In this document: positions 1 to 13,837 of the stretch, one piece after another
Numbering within the stretch: the first letter of the stretch is position 1
How the letters are laid out: every line of letters starts with the position of its first letter
NCBI RefSeq assembly: GCF_009914755.1
Contig: NC_060937.1
Strand: one strand, 5' to 3'
DNA length: 64,000 nt
DNA from: the human T2T-CHM13v2.0 reference genome, Homo sapiens
Translations under genes and position numbers: made by a program
The notes under the pieces: generated by a model
What the model saw: the letters and a program-made list of their open reading frames with translations, nothing else
The model's database searches: none
Told to the model about the DNA's origin: nothing

Positions 1-74
1 CTGAAATGAACTCAGTCACTGCAGTTTTAAGCCTCTAGGTGGTTTGCTACACTGCCAAAGTTCAACCATACACA

Positions 75-460
75 CATTCCAATCTTCTTTTCCAGTCTAA
101 AATACCTGTTCTCCAGCTGCTGTAAGGTTACTGAGGGCCCAGAGCTGCTCCTACTTCAGAGAACTGCCTTACCTTAGAGATTACACTCTGCCCCCAAGGC
201 AGTCAACAATAAATGGCTGTCAGGGAGGTACAACAGGTCAAACCCCTACTGCAAAATGGGTGCAATTCAGGTGTTGTGGGCTCTCTCTGGGGAGCTGGAG
301 TGAGTTTCCGAGTTTGCCTCTGAAATCTTGCTTTGATTGGGAGCTTCTTCCCTGCCCTGCTTTGCTTCCCTTTCTTCCTTTCTCCTGCATGTACTCTTCC
401 AACAGACCATTTGCACAAAAATCACTATGCCAAGTTCTGCTTTTAGGAAACGTTAAGATA
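75..460 (+). mobile_element. LTR16-family (ERVL) solo LTR, degenerate
   Basis: 3' end CATTTGCACAAAAATC...TCTGCTTTTAGGAAAC...TAAGATA resembles the LTR16 terminus. Boundaries approximate. Confidence 0.6.
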
Positions 461-796
461 GCTCCTAAAATTTCTTTGGTATCCATCATAATTATAATCA
501 GGCCACAACTTGGGATAAAAGACTGAGATGCAAATGTGAAGGGCAATGTAATAAACCAAAAAGATAAAATTAAACCCACCTTAAGACATGGCGGAAGAAG
601 AGTGTGATCTTCTATGCCCCAAATGCCTCGTCTGCACCTAGAAATGCTAGTAGGGGAAGGAAAATTGAAAGTAGAATTTCATGGAATAAAATTAAAATCC
701 TGGTAATCTGTCTTCACTTAATATCATTTTCTTAAAATTACCGAAATTATCAAATTTTTGAAATACATGTTTATTATATTGTCGCAAAAAAGTCCC

Positions 797-1196
797 TGTT
801 ATAGTTGGTGCATTTGTCCCCTCCAAATCTCATGTTGAAATTTGATGCACGGTGTTGGAGGTGAGGCCTGGCGGGAGGTGTGTGGATGGATCCCTCATGT
901 GTGACTTGGTGCCATTCTTAAAGGATTAAGTGAGTTCTCACTAGAAGTTCCAACAAGAGCTGGCTCTTAAAAAGAGTCTAACACCATTCTCTCTTTTCTC
1001 TTGCTTCTGTCTCACCATGTAATGCCTACTTCCGCTCCTCCATGAATGGAAGCTTCCTGAGGCCCTCCCCCAAAGCAGATGTGGGTACCATGCTTCTTGT
1101 ACAGCCTGCAGAACCATGAGCTAAGTAAATCTCTTTTCTTTATTAAACACCCAGCCTCGGGTATTCCTTTATAGCAACACAAAATGGACTAAGACA
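797..1196 (+). mobile_element. MST (MSTB-like) MaLR solo LTR
   Basis: TG...CA termini; TGTCCCCTCCAAATCTCATGTTGAAATTTGAT at the start and TTTATAGCAACACAAAATGGACTAAGACA at the end. Confidence 0.9.
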
Positions 1197-3529
1197 AACC
1201 CTATTCTATTGGACACTGTGCCTACATCACGCTAATAGATAATGTTAGTCCCTAATCTTGTCTTCCTTTCGTCCTTCATTTCCTCACTGAGAAAAAACAC
1301 AAGTTGTTCCAACACGTCGTGTGAAAATTGAGACTACTAATGAATTCATGCACATAAATTACATTGAAATCACCAAATAACCAGTAATTTGTAAATACAA
1401 TATACCTATCATCATTATTATTCAAACAGCAGTCTGAGTATTCTGAATCAAAAAAAATAAAGGAAAGAAATATTGCCATCAGCGGGTTCCCTGTAAACTG
1501 GGAATTGGGTAGCTGGCAAAAGGAGAGATCTGAAGGAAATCTGAAGGAAAAGTAATGACAGCAGCAGGGTTCTCTTTCAAGGGAAGAGAAATAAAGAATT
1601 GTCAGAGAAGAAACATTAATAACTACACAGTGAAGTATGTGAAAAGAATCTCTAAAAGGTGTGAGATAGAAACAGGAAGACACCCTATATCTAGAGGCTA
1701 GAAAGGGGAAATTTAAGAAAAATGCATTTGTTGGAATAACATGAAGATGCTTCCTCCATGTGAGTATGTCTTCTAGGGATGAAAACACTCAGGAAAAGAG
1801 TGTAGTGAAAAATAAAATCAGGAATACCTTGACAGATACACACCGGAATTTATACATTCTTAAATATGTGTTAGTTTTAAAAAATAAAGATTTAAACGAA
1901 TGTTTTCATTTTTGATTTCCATCATTTCAATTAGTTTACATTTTTTTGTAAGTGAGAATTACTATCCAAACTAAGATGGTTCTGTCGTACTTGCTTTCTT
2001 AATAGAAAAAAAAAAAGAAGAGGAAAGAAAGGAGGAAGAGAACATTTCAATATACAGACTTCTTTGAAATGCTGAGGACTTCATCCAAACTTTCTATATC
2101 TTAGTTTCCTCACTTGTATGTAAATGAAAAGATTAGGATATGTTTTTAAAATTCAATAATTCTTAGGGAAAAACATGAGGTTTTATTGCATGAATACTAA
2201 CTGGAGGAAACATTCTCAATGGCATTTTTAAGTCAAATTGCTGTTTGTAACCTTATAAGACAACTTAGAAGAGCAATACTTTCTGCATTGCTTCAAATCT
2301 AAAAGTATTCAAAAAAAGCTAATTTGGTACAGCTGGGAAGAGCCCTAAGGATGTACGTTAATCTAATGACTGTTTAGTATAGGAAATTATAGCTTAAATA
2401 ATTTATATGAATTTGGATATTCATTAAGGTTTAACAGCATTTGAGAAAGAGTAATTTTAAGATCAGGAACTAAAAATAGTGGCATTTGCTTTCACAGAAA
2501 CCACAAGTAAATGGCAAAGCATATAATTAATGTACACATTACTTCATTTTAGGGTTTATGCAAACCAAGAGTTACAGAAACTATAACATTTTGAGTTCAA
2601 TGCATGTGGTTATTTTCAGGGAATTAAAAAATTTATAAGATTGAAAAAGGAATCAACTAGATAACTTTAAAATAAAAATTAGCAGGAAGGCTTAGGGTAG
2701 CATTTTTGTGGATAAACTTGATTTCGTCATAATCAAGAGAAGGGTGTAAAAGAGAGAGTGGGGAGAAAGATGGCAAAGGATAATTAGGAAGCAACATCCC
2801 AAAGCAGGTGAAAGCCATGAGAATTCCTCTCTCACATGGAAAGGGATTCCCCTGAAAATGCACAGAAGCAGTTTTTCCTCAGGAGGGGAAGAGGTGAAAG
2901 CAAATGTAATTTTCTACAAGTTGCCAAGACATTTGCTGCTTTTTCATGGGCTTCAATTCGTTCTTGTCTCCTTCTAAACCACTCCTTCTGGGCCACTGGT
3001 ACGAGGAAGTGCTTCCTGAACTCACATGGTTCAAATGTCTCTCCCTGTGCCCCAAGTCTCATTTCAATTTTGATGACCACCCTCCGGGTACTGGTACTCC
3101 ATGGATCTGACTGGGTTCCATGATTGACTTCTGATTTGAATTCTCTAAATTACCATGAATATTACCATCTGAAATGTTCCCTATTTTTTACTCTTCTGAC
3201 AAAATCCACCCCTACTTCCATGGCTGTAACTATTTAGTCATTACAAAATATTTGAATTGGCTAATCAATATATTTGATATATGCCACAATCTAGATTGTT
3301 GTCATATAAAACACACGTTTCATACCTTTGGTCTTCAATGTGAAGAATTTCACATTGTTTATTATTTAGGCACTAATACATTATAGAATATATAATTTTA
3401 AAAATTATGTGTAATTCTATATGATTAAAATATACAAATATAATTTATGTATATTAATAATAGTGTTACAGGCTTTTAATAAATCAGCATGTTAATATCA
3501 CAACTAAGATTTTGTTAATAACTGAAAAA

Positions 3530-3928
3530 TATTTTATTCTAGTAAAGTATACATAATACAAAATACCATCTGAACTATTTTAAAGTGTGAAGTTTTGTGG
3601 CATTAGCGTATTCACATTGTTCTGCAACATAGCAACCATTCATCTCTAGAACGTTTTCATCTTCCCAAACAGAAACTCTGTAACCACTAAACTCTAACTT
3701 TTCATTCTCACTCCTCCCAGCTACTGACAACTACCATTCTCTTTTCTATCTCTACGAATTTGACTACTCTAGTTACCTCATATAAGTTGGCTCATACAAT
3801 ATTCGTCCATTTATGACTCTTTTATGGCAGCTAGCATAATGTCTTCAAAGTTCATTCATGTTTTAGTACCTGTCAGAATTCCCATGTGTTAGAATTCCCT
3901 TCCCTTTTAAGGCTGAATAGCATTCCGT

Positions 3929-3979
<51 letters not shown>

Positions 3980-4123
3980 ATATAAAAATTACATATACAC
4001 ACACCACATTTTGTTTATCCTTTTAACCACTGATAAACACATAAGTGGTTTCTTGGCTATTATGAACAATGCTGCTATGAATGTGGATGTACAAATATTT
4101 GTTAAAGTTTCTGCCTTCAATTC
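3530..4123 (-). mobile_element. L1MB-type 3' end fragment
   Basis: Antisense L1 3'UTR motifs (GAATTTGACTACTCTAG, GGCTGAATAGCATTCC, GAACAATGCTGCTATGAA). Confidence 0.85.
3933..3978. repeat. (TG)23 microsatellite
   Basis: Perfect TG dinucleotide run inside the L1MB fragment. Confidence 0.98.
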
Positions 4124-4134
4124 GGAATGGTCAT

Positions 4135-5108
4135 AGTTTTTCTTCATTGTTTATATTTAAAGTCTACGACATTATGTTATGGGATATAGAGACACTGAAA
4201 AGGTTACTGTAGTGAAACAAATTAACATATCTATAACCTCGCACAGTTACATATTGTGTGTATGTGTGTGTTGGTGGCAATAGCAGCTAAAATCTACTAA
4301 TTTAGCATGAAACTCGCATACAGTACAAATTTACTGCCCATGATCTTCGTGTTACAAAATTAGATCTCTAGACTGCAGAGAACTCAATCGTGAAAAAACA
4401 AATAACCAAGTTAAAAAATGGGAAAAAGACCTGACTAGATATTTCTACAAAGAATACATAAAAATGGCCAACAGGTATGAGAAAAGGTGCTTCACATTAA
4501 TAAAAGGGAAACACAAATGAAAACCACTATGAGATACCACCTCACTTCCCGTTAGGATGGCTGATAACAAAAAGACAAAAGATATCAAATGTCAGCAAGG
4601 ATGTGAAGAAAAGGGAACTCCTGTCCACTGTTGATGAGAATTTAGGTTGCTACAGCCATTATGGAAAACAATATGGAGATTTCTAAAGAAATTAGAAATG
4701 GAACTACTATATGACCCAGCAATCCATCTTCTGGGTGTATACCCAAAGGCAATAAAGTCACTAGCACATGAACATATCTGCATACTCATGTTCAATGCAG
4801 CAGTAGCCACAATAGCCAAGATATGCAAATGACCTCTGTATCTGTCAACAAATGAATGGATAAAGAAACTGTGGTACAGACATACAATGGAATATTGTTC
4901 AGCCCTAAAAAAGAACAAGATCTTGCCATTTGCCACATGTATGAGGCTGAAGGACATTATGCAGACAGATGACAAATATTTCATGATCTCACTTATACGT
5001 AGAATCTAAAACAAAAATTCAAATATAAGAGAAAGAACAAAACAGTGGTTACCAGGGTGGGAGGGAGAGGGGGAGGAAATGAGGAGATGTAGGTTAGAAG
5101 ATAGAAAA
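4135..5108. mobile_element. Old L1 (L1MA9/10-like) with inverted 5' part: 3' end on - strand (~4135-4374), upstream ORF2-end/3'UTR part on + strand (~4375-5108)
   Basis: The + segment encodes an ORF2 C-terminal relic ([33 protein letters not shown]) and stops at GAGATGTAGGTTAGAAG. The - segment starts at AGTCTAGAGATCTAA, which follows shortly after in the L1MA 3'UTR as I recall it. Confidence 0.75.
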
Positions 5109-5843
5109 CTAAGTATTTTAAAAATTACTTTAGTGTCTGGTTAAGTATCCTGCTCCTAGCTACTCAATAAATTTCTACTAAATGCAAAATAGCATTCCCA
5201 ATTTCCCATGATTATTTTGTTGTCAAGTATTAACATTTGTCATCTTAGTAAAAGGATAGGAATTACTTTTCTAATTAATAAAATGAATCCCTATTTTCAT
5301 TTGGGAGTCTTCACTGAAATTTGTTACAAAATAGTTGGAAGGAAATGTACAATGAAAGGTTATTTTAAGAAAGGTTATATGAATGATTGCTTCTTAATTA
5401 ACAATCCTTTTTACCAATTTAGTTGTAATTGACGCCCTTATGAAAGTGAAGTTTCTGTAGCATCTAGATTCTTCCTTAAGGCATCTAGTAATCATTTAAA
5501 GATGGACTAATATACAATGAAGTTTGGGTTGCACTATTATTGGTAAGTTTGTGCTGTTAGTGTAGACTTTAAAATAAAATGAATATAGTTTAATTAGATG
5601 CTATTATCTTTCTAATTTTACTAGCAATTTTAAAAAGAAAATGAAACCCTTGGCCTGAAAAAGCAAAGGTCATTTAACTTTCCTTGCCTTGTTTGTAATC
5701 TTTTAAAAGTATTCTAATGAAAAATAACATTAATATCTAAATTCATAAAGATTCCCTCCACTTTAGTCTCTTTACCTTATTAAATATACTCTCATTACTG
5801 ATTCTAATTATGAAAATAAACCACACATGACCTCCAAATCACA

Positions 5844-6144
<301 letters not shown>

Positions 6145-6569
6145 TAAATAAATTCTTAAAAATAATATGTAATTATAACTTCAAATGTTATAAATGTAGA
6201 AGAAACCTATTAGAATCCCTGATTTTTCAGTGGCAAAAGTAACATCTCTCTCCTATTTTTACAGAGGAAAAAAAAAGCTGATACCTATACATATACAGGT
6301 ATAGTGTAATATAATATGTACACAGAATACAGTAAACGTAATAATATATACGTATATCACACATGTCTATTAAACAGCAATCATTCACCCTATCACCACA
6401 TGTTGAATGCCTATAATATACCAGGCACTCTTCTGGAGAAAATAACTTGACATCTAAGGTTAAAGGAAAGATCTGACGTAACAAAGTCTATTTTACATGA
6501 ACATGATTGCTTTTAAACACCTTCTGATAAAGAAAAATAATCCTAACATTTTGTATATGAAGGGTATTG

Positions 6570-6800
6570 TAGACCCACTATGGGTTTTGACTCCAGAATG
6601 ACCTGGTTTCAAGTAACTGTTGCATCATTTACTAGATATGTGATTTATGTAAGTTACTTTAAGTTCTTTCAAAAAAGAACTTATGTAAGTTCTTTCATCT
6701 ATGAAATGGAGACAATAATGTAGATTTTTAGGGGGTGGTTGTTGCATGATAATTATACACACACACACATATAGCATAACACCATACCTAACACATCCTT
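6570..6800 (+). mobile_element. MIR fragment
   Basis: Degenerate MIR core (TTTCATCTATGAAATGGAGACAATAA). Boundaries approximate. Confidence 0.6.
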
Positions 6801-6863
6801 CAAAAGGCAATTCTTATTGAATCTCATTGCTGTGATTCAGGAAATAATCATGTACAATGACAC

Positions 6864-7359
6864 TGTATTAGTTTTCTATTGCTTCACTAACAAATTATCA
6901 CAAATATAGCCACTTAAACAGAAGTTTATTATTATTTTATGGTTTTACAGATCATTAGTACAACACAAGTTTCACCAGGCTAAAATCAAAGGAACCACAC
7001 TTCTTTCTGCAGACTCTAGGGAGGAAAAAAACCTGTTTTCTTACCTTTTCCATATTCTAGGGGCCACCCGCATTTCTTGGTTTGTGGCCTCTTTAATCTA
7101 TTTTCAAAGCCAGCGACAATGGGTTGAGTCCTCTCATCACATCTCTCTGGCCACCAGAAAACCAGAAAAGGTTTTTTGCTTTTAAAGACTCATGTGATTG
7201 CATTGGGCCCACAAAGATAACTTAAGATAATCTCCCCCATCTCAAGGTCTGGAAACAATCACATCTGCTAAGTCCCTTTTGCCCTGCATGGTAACACATT
7301 CACAGGTTTCAAAGATTAGAGCACGCACATATTTAGACAGCACTATTCTACCTACTAAA
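6864..7359 (-). mobile_element. MLT1 (MLT1C/D-like) MaLR LTR
   Basis: TGTATTAGTTTTCTATTGCT...CTATTCTACCTACTAAA; flanks GACAC/GGCAC resemble a 5-bp TSD. Confidence 0.85.
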
Positions 7360-8429
7360 GGCACCATGGGACCAACTGGAAGGGTCCTGTATTGTGGCAA
7401 CAAGTGGCAGGATCTCAGATGTAACTATTGCTGCTGCTGGCATTGGACTTCCCTAGAAACATGTAACTTAATGCTGAAGAAACTTTCCATTCTTCCTCTA
7501 CCCATGTGAAATCGTGTTAGTGTAAATGCTGTTAAGTTAGAAGCAATCATCACGCTCTACGACTGTCTTAAGAGAGCAGTGCAAAGTCAGAATTAAAAAT
7601 AAGCCCATTTATGCTGAGATCCTTGGGCTCTCTGACACTACTTTCATGTCCCTAATCAATATATCCCATGGCTGCAACTACCTGGGGCTTTACTGTTTAA
7701 CCATTTTACACTCTCTGTGAATGTTCTTCTCCACAGTGTATGTTCTTCTCAATAGTCTTAGCAAGACAGCATGACTGGTTTGGCAGCTTCGTCTGGATTA
7801 AGCAAATGAATTATTCTAAATGGATCTACCTAAGTAGTTTGATCCTGCCACTACCTCACATGTTCTGTCTAACGAACAAAGATGTAATAAACAATTTAAG
7901 TAAATCATTTGGCCACTATATTAATTCCTTTCATCTTGTAAAGAAAATAACATATTTGCCATTTTAAAAAGAAATGAAATAGAGTAGAAATTTTGTTTTA
8001 CCTAGTCTTAAAATCAAGGAATTTAATGCAACTTCATTAAAGCCGATGAATATTTTTGGTATATCTACAAAGTTAGGCACCAGGGCCTCAGTAGACGGAC
8101 CACATTTGTTCATTGCACTCAAAGACGCTAAACTATAATGGAGGTAAAAACCCACAGATTCTACTATCCTAACCCCTCATTTAAGCAATAAGGAACTGAA
8201 TTCCAAAAGATTTAAATGCAACTGATTCCACCTTTGATGCATAATCCACCTTCATATCCCCCAAAGTAGAATTCATTAGCAAGATTGGGCTTCTGAGATT
8301 AGGAAGGTCAAGGCATTCAGCAGAACACTGACTCTAATTATCTTAGTAATCCAAGAGAGAAAAGTGATGCAAAAGATACCAAGCACATTAATAATATTAG
8401 AGGAGCAATAATACAAATAGCTAGAGCTG

Positions 8430-8800
8430 CCTTGTCAGACACATCAGGGCTTTCATTCCAGTCCAGTATGTTAGCTTGTGATCTTCACCAAACTGCTTGA
8501 CTTTTCTAAGCCTCAGATACCTCATCTGCAAAGCATGGAGACATCGTAGCATGGAATATAAAAATGCAGACTTCTGGCTTCAGAATCACGTGGGTTTGAA
8601 TGTGATTCTGCCATCTTCAAGTTGGGTAATGTTGAGCTCATTCACCTCCTTTAATATTACTCTCAGTAATATTGGAATAATACCTGCCTCAAAGGTATTA
8701 TTAACTCCTTGTTACAAGGAGTAAACGGGGTACATAGAACACTTAGGGCAGTGTCTGAGTAACAGCAAGAAGTCAGTAAATAGTAATAAGTGTTACTGCA
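8430..8800 (+). mobile_element. Two adjacent MIR fragments
   Basis: CCTCAGATACCTCATCTGCAAA and ATAATACCTGCCTCAAAGG MIR motifs. Boundaries approximate. Confidence 0.65.
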
Positions 8801-8864
8801 AGTTAACTTGATGATGCTTTGTGAAGATTAATAAATGCAAACCAATTCCCTCATACATGACAAT

Positions 8865-9015
8865 TGTTATGGTCTGATGTTTATGTCTTCTCAAAACTCA
8901 TATGTTGAAATCCTCACTGCCAAGGTGATGGTATTAAGAAGTGGAGACTTTGGGAGGTGATTAAGTCATGATTTGGTTTAATGACCTTGTTATACCAGCC
9001 TGAATGAACTATTAA
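8865..9015 (+). mobile_element. MLT1A/MST-like LTR with large internal deletion
   Basis: 5' LTR motif TGTTATGGTCTGATGTTTATGTC...CATATGTTGAAATCCT joined to a 3' terminal motif GTTATACCAGCCTGAATGAACTA. Confidence 0.7.
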
Positions 9016-11083
9016 AGCAATGTTGTGACTGTCTACATTCTAATAGTAATTGTATATTTTCAAAGTCTCTTTAACCACGGACCCTATCCTCATGCCCCAG
9101 CAACTGAACGGTTAATTTTTCCTCATTTCACAAAGTAGAAATTTGACTTTGGTAAGGTCCAAATGGTTCAGGATCAAATATTAAAGTAGGAATGAAGAAA
9201 GAATTCAAACTCAGTGACCCCTGGCTCTCTATTCACTGCTTTAACTGTTAAATTATATCACCTTGGCAGTTTAACAGTACACTAGAAACATTTTCAAGGA
9301 AGATTATCTATATACACAACTCTTGGCACCATAAATATTTGTCTGAATTTATCCTGCTCCACGCCAATCAACACCTTATGAAACTTGTGATTTAAAAGGC
9401 TTCGATTTTTATTCATGCAGTGTTAATATAATGGAAAACAATTCAGTATCTCCAGCAGGAATGATTTTACAGGCATTAAGCAGGTGGCAGACTACATAAA
9501 CTTTAACTTTCTTGACATTTTTAAACAACTAATATAGTTTTAAAGCATGTACCTTTTTGTGTCATTTAAATAGGAAAATTATTAATGATAAAGTTTGTAA
9601 GAGACATAAATTTGAAGCATTTTGTTTACATTGAGTTAAGGATATATAAACTTTGATAAATGTTAATGGAAGTTACCAACACGCATTCCTTTCATAGCAA
9701 TGGAAGACCTCTCTGTATAATTCCCAATAACCCTTTTAACTTGTGAAAAATGAATAAGGAACTGGAGTGCATAGAACACCAAAGTATAATAAGAGCAGAA
9801 ATAAGTGAGCTTACTCCAGTTTATTCCCGAGTTAAATACTAAGAAATAATTCCAAACAAGTGCATTTCATGAAGCTTATCTTTCATGGCACTTTTCTTCT
9901 GACCTAGCTCAAAGAGAATGCCCTAATTTTTTACTATTCATTCCCCCATAACAATTCCCTGGCTTCCTTCCTTACCTGCTGTGCTTTTGTAATGCTGTAT
10001 TGAATTAGAACTATAATTAGTCAGCATCTACTCATTTAGTCCATGAGTGTGTATTTAGCACCAGGTACTATTTGTGACAATAGACAAGACAGCTGTCCCT
10101 GTTCTCCAAAAGCTTATAGTCCAGTGGGGAGAACACAAATTAAGCAGAAGGTTTCAAAACAGTGTGATAGTATCTAAGGCATGTAGTGTGAAAAGGGCTA
10201 AGGCTTAGGTAAATAGAGTGTTCCGGAAATGCATGGAGATAATGTAGCTAAATAACTTCAAGGACTCAGATGCTAGACTAAGAGGGCCTATTGAGCAAGG
10301 CACTGTGTTGGGACATTGTAAAATATAAATTCAACCCCTGCTGCCCAGAAAATTCACTGTAATTGGGAAGATAGAGGCCAAAGCTTTCTCCCCTTTTTTC
10401 CACAACCAAACTGCCTCCTAGACATCTTCACTTCGATGTCCCACCAGAGCTAAAACTTATTAGGCTCAATGCTTATTTGTTTTCTCCTCCAGTCCCCAGA
10501 CCAGATCCTCACCTCCAACATTCTCTGTCTAAGCAACTGGCCCCAACCCATCTAGTTACTAAATTAGAATGAGAAGGAGCATTCCGTGGGTCACTTCCTA
10601 GTTCACCTCTCACTTTGAAAGCATAGGACAATGTTTGGGAGGGTGAGTAATAACAAGATGGGAATAGTTCACAAAGGTTTCATGTGACAAGCTGAAAACT
10701 GTAGGCATTATCCTATAGACAATTGTGCCATTCAGTCACTGCTAGCATTGCCTTGTCATATAGCTAAATGAAAGAATATATTTATAAGGCACTCTGTGAA
10801 TTTTCATTAGTGATAAATAGGCTCTGATTAATTTTAATGTCTGGCTAGGAAACAGGGAGAAAATTTGTTAACTCATAAAATGCATTCTAAAGTCAAACAT
10901 TAATGGGAAGGGATCATTATTTAAATTTAAAAATTCCATGTGTGCATGTGAATATATACATATAAATAGCATATTCTAAAGCCAAATATTAATGGCTATA
11001 AAACTTTTTACAAGGAGCATACCAGATAATTCATATCAAATAGTTTCTCTTGAAACTAATTATCTCTGTTGGCCACATAGACA

Positions 11084-11435
11084 CAAGTTGAACATCCCTA
11101 GTCTGAAAATCTGAAATCCAAAATCTTCCAAAATCCAAAGCTGTTTTCGGTAAAACACAATATCACAAGTGGAAAATTTCATACCTGACGTCATGTGATG
11201 GGTTGCAGTCAAAATTTTGTTTCATGCACAAAATTATTACAAATCTTGTGTAAAATTATCTTCAGGCTATGTGTATAAATGTGTATGAAACACAAATAAA
11301 TTTTGTGTTTCGACTTGGGTCCCATCCCCAAGATTTCTCATTATGTATATGTGCATATTCTAAAATACCCCTCAAAAACCTGAAATCTGAAACACTTCTG
11401 GTCCCAAGCATTTGGGATAAGGGATACTCAACCTG
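11084..11435. mobile_element. Tigger4b (MER46-family) MITE
   Basis: Terminal inverted repeats CAAGTTGAACATCCCT / AGGGATACTCAACCTG, followed by TA; internal sequence matches Tigger4b as recalled. Confidence 0.9.
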
Positions 11436-11499
11436 TAAATGTTTATAAGCAATGTTTTTGCATTGAATAGACCTCCACTGACATCGTGCCTGTGATATT

Positions 11500-11660
11500 T
11501 TTCTACTGTATGACCTTGGGCAAGTCACTTAACCTCTCTGAGTCTCAATATCCTCACTTATAAAATGCATATAAACCCAACCTTTCAGGTTTTTATGTGA
11601 GCATTAAATAATATAATTGAAGCATAAATATATGGTAATAATTCAACAAATTATAACTAC
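11500..11660 (+). mobile_element. MIR
   Basis: TGACCTTGGGCAAGTCACTTAACCTCTCTGAGTCTCA core. Confidence 0.85.
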
Positions 11661-11779
11661 AACTATACTCACTTCGAAGAGAAGCCATGGAGAAAGATGG
11701 CATTTTGCTTAGGAAGAGGTCATTTTAAAGCATCAGCTGGCTTTTTGAGGGAGCAGCATTTAGTAGCTATATGACATAT

Positions 11780-13330
11780 TCTAACAAGATGGTGGAAAAT
11801 GATAAACTAAAAATTATCCGGATGCAAACACCTAGAAACGCTGGATAAAATCCACCTAGATCCATAGTTGAAAGTCCAAGAATAGGAATACTCAGGAGTC
11901 AGAAACAAAAGAGAGTTGAAAAACTAAAGCAGTATGCGAATATCCTGGCAGCTATCCTTGCCGTGGATGATAGATGTGGACAGCTTCCATAAACTTACAG
12001 CCTGGGTTTAAATACCATGAGTGACAAGAAATGAGGCCTTGGGCCCAAACAGGAGGGGAAGTTAGAACTAAAACCCCTACCGAAATCTGGGACCTCAAAA
12101 TATTTCACTATCAATGACAAGTAGACTAAGGCAAAAATATACTCACATACAAAATAACAAGGAAGCTATGTCTCTGCCATGGGCTTAGGTAGGGAAAAAA
12201 AGAGACTCTCCCCTGAGTATCAAAAACCATTGACCAGCACCTTGCATGGATTTGCAGTTCAGAATTCTCCTACTAGTTTGTTTAGGAACTCCCAAGCCAA
12301 GATATTAGCAACAATAGCAAAATGATTCTGAGTGTTGATAGCTTGTAGGGTATCTGGTAGAAGCAAAAGCAAATCTGCATTGGAGTGCCACGACTTCCAC
12401 CTAAGCTCACTACATACCTAGAAGTACACTAAAATTGCAATGCTAAAGATATATTTAAAGTTACTTTTAAATATTCCACTATGAGCAATGATTAGCAGGG
12501 ACAGCCAAAAGGATTAGAATCCCACAAACTTTATATTATAAAAGACTCTGATAAACCCTCTGGAAATGAGCATGTTTAAAATTATTGAATGAGAAATCAA
12601 CCTCTAAAAAGAACAAGACACAATGGAAAAATACTGGCTAGCTTTGAGAAAGAACAATTCAAACTTGTAAAAGTAAAAAATATAATCATAGAAATTAAAT
12701 CTTAATAGGCAGATGACACAGGAGATAAAACAAAATATAAGGCACGATTGACAAATTGAAAGATAAGGAAAATACCTAAAATGTATCAAAGAGGGATAAG
12801 GAATTAGGAAAATAAAAGACTATTTAAGCATCAAAGAAAACAAGATGAGATGTTCAAATATACAGCTATTTGGAGTTCTGGATAGTGATAACAGAGGGAA
12901 TGTAGAAATATTACTCAAAAATATAATGGCTGTGAATGTTACTAATTGATAATGTATTCAGGCTGTCATTCATGAGTCAAAAAGCAAAAGATCCTCTCAA
13001 GATTAATAGATGGGTGGGTAGATAATAGATGGATGATAGATAGATAGATAGATACATAGGTAGACATGTATCTAGATAGATAGATAGATGATAGATAGAT
13101 AGATAGATAGATAGATAAACAAATAATATTGAAACTGTATAGTTACAGTCATAGAGAAGGTATTTAAAGCAACCAGAAAAAAAGGACAGATTATTTACAA
13201 GGGATCAACAATAGACTGACAACAAACTTCTGAACAATAAAAGACAGAAGACATTACATTCAAAAGTAAGGAGAAAGTAAACCGTTAACTTAGATTTCTC
13301 TATTTCTGTAAGGCAAATAACTCTGTCTAC
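11780..13330 (+). mobile_element. Ancient L1 5'UTR/ORF1 relic (L1M-type)
   Basis: A-rich + strand with ORF1-like motifs (AAAGCAACCAGAAAAAAAGGACAGATTATTTACAAGGGATCAACAATAGACTGACAACAAACTTC). Heavily degenerate. Confidence 0.6.
13007..13117. repeat. Compound (GATA/TAGA)n tetranucleotide STR
   Basis: Interrupted TAGA arrays. Confidence 0.95.
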
Positions 13331-13787
13331 TATTGGAAAAAGTGAACTGTATATTACATTTATTTCTTTGGAGAAACTTTCAATACGGACTATAACCTTA
13401 TTTGACTACATTACATACATCCTTCTAAAAGGCAAAATAACTGAATAAAAATACAAAACAAGATCCCTTGCAGCCCTATGATTCAGCAGTTTGGGGATTT
13501 AAAATCCAATACTTCATCTTTGAAGATGCTAATTTTGAAAGTGAGTGTTATTCTTCCAGGTCCCATGTGCCTCAAAACAAACAAAAACTACGAACAAACA
13601 ATGAATATGAAATCTCTCCTAGAGAGATTTAATTTAATTTGCCCTTAAAATATGACATAAAACCAGCAGTATACAGTAGTCATCACTAAGTTTTTTGTGG
13701 CATAACTTTAATTGGTTCGAAAATCAACGGCCACCAGATCTTGCTCTATTTATAACATTAAAAAGCAGGAATTCGTGGATTTCTTAC

Positions 13788-13837
13788 ATTTGACCACCAA
13801 AAGATATGCCAGCTCTGAGTTATTAGGCCGTGCTGCC
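13788..13837 (-). other. Candidate 50-nt internal exon on - strand (coding status unknown)
   Basis: - strand reads cttttctgcttttgttttttaaatag|GGCAGCACGG...GGTCAAAT|gtaaga, giving a strong acceptor and a GTAAG donor in apparently unique sequence. Confidence 0.4.

Noticed and set aside
1276-1788. 170-aa - strand ORF
   Set aside because: F/L/S/C-rich translation of a T-rich strand with a non-ATG start and no recognisable domain or splice context; likely chance.
3026-3168. Possible - strand exon ending at CAT|gtgagt
   Set aside because: The donor is good, but the acceptor has almost no pyrimidine tract and the peptides are unrecognisable.
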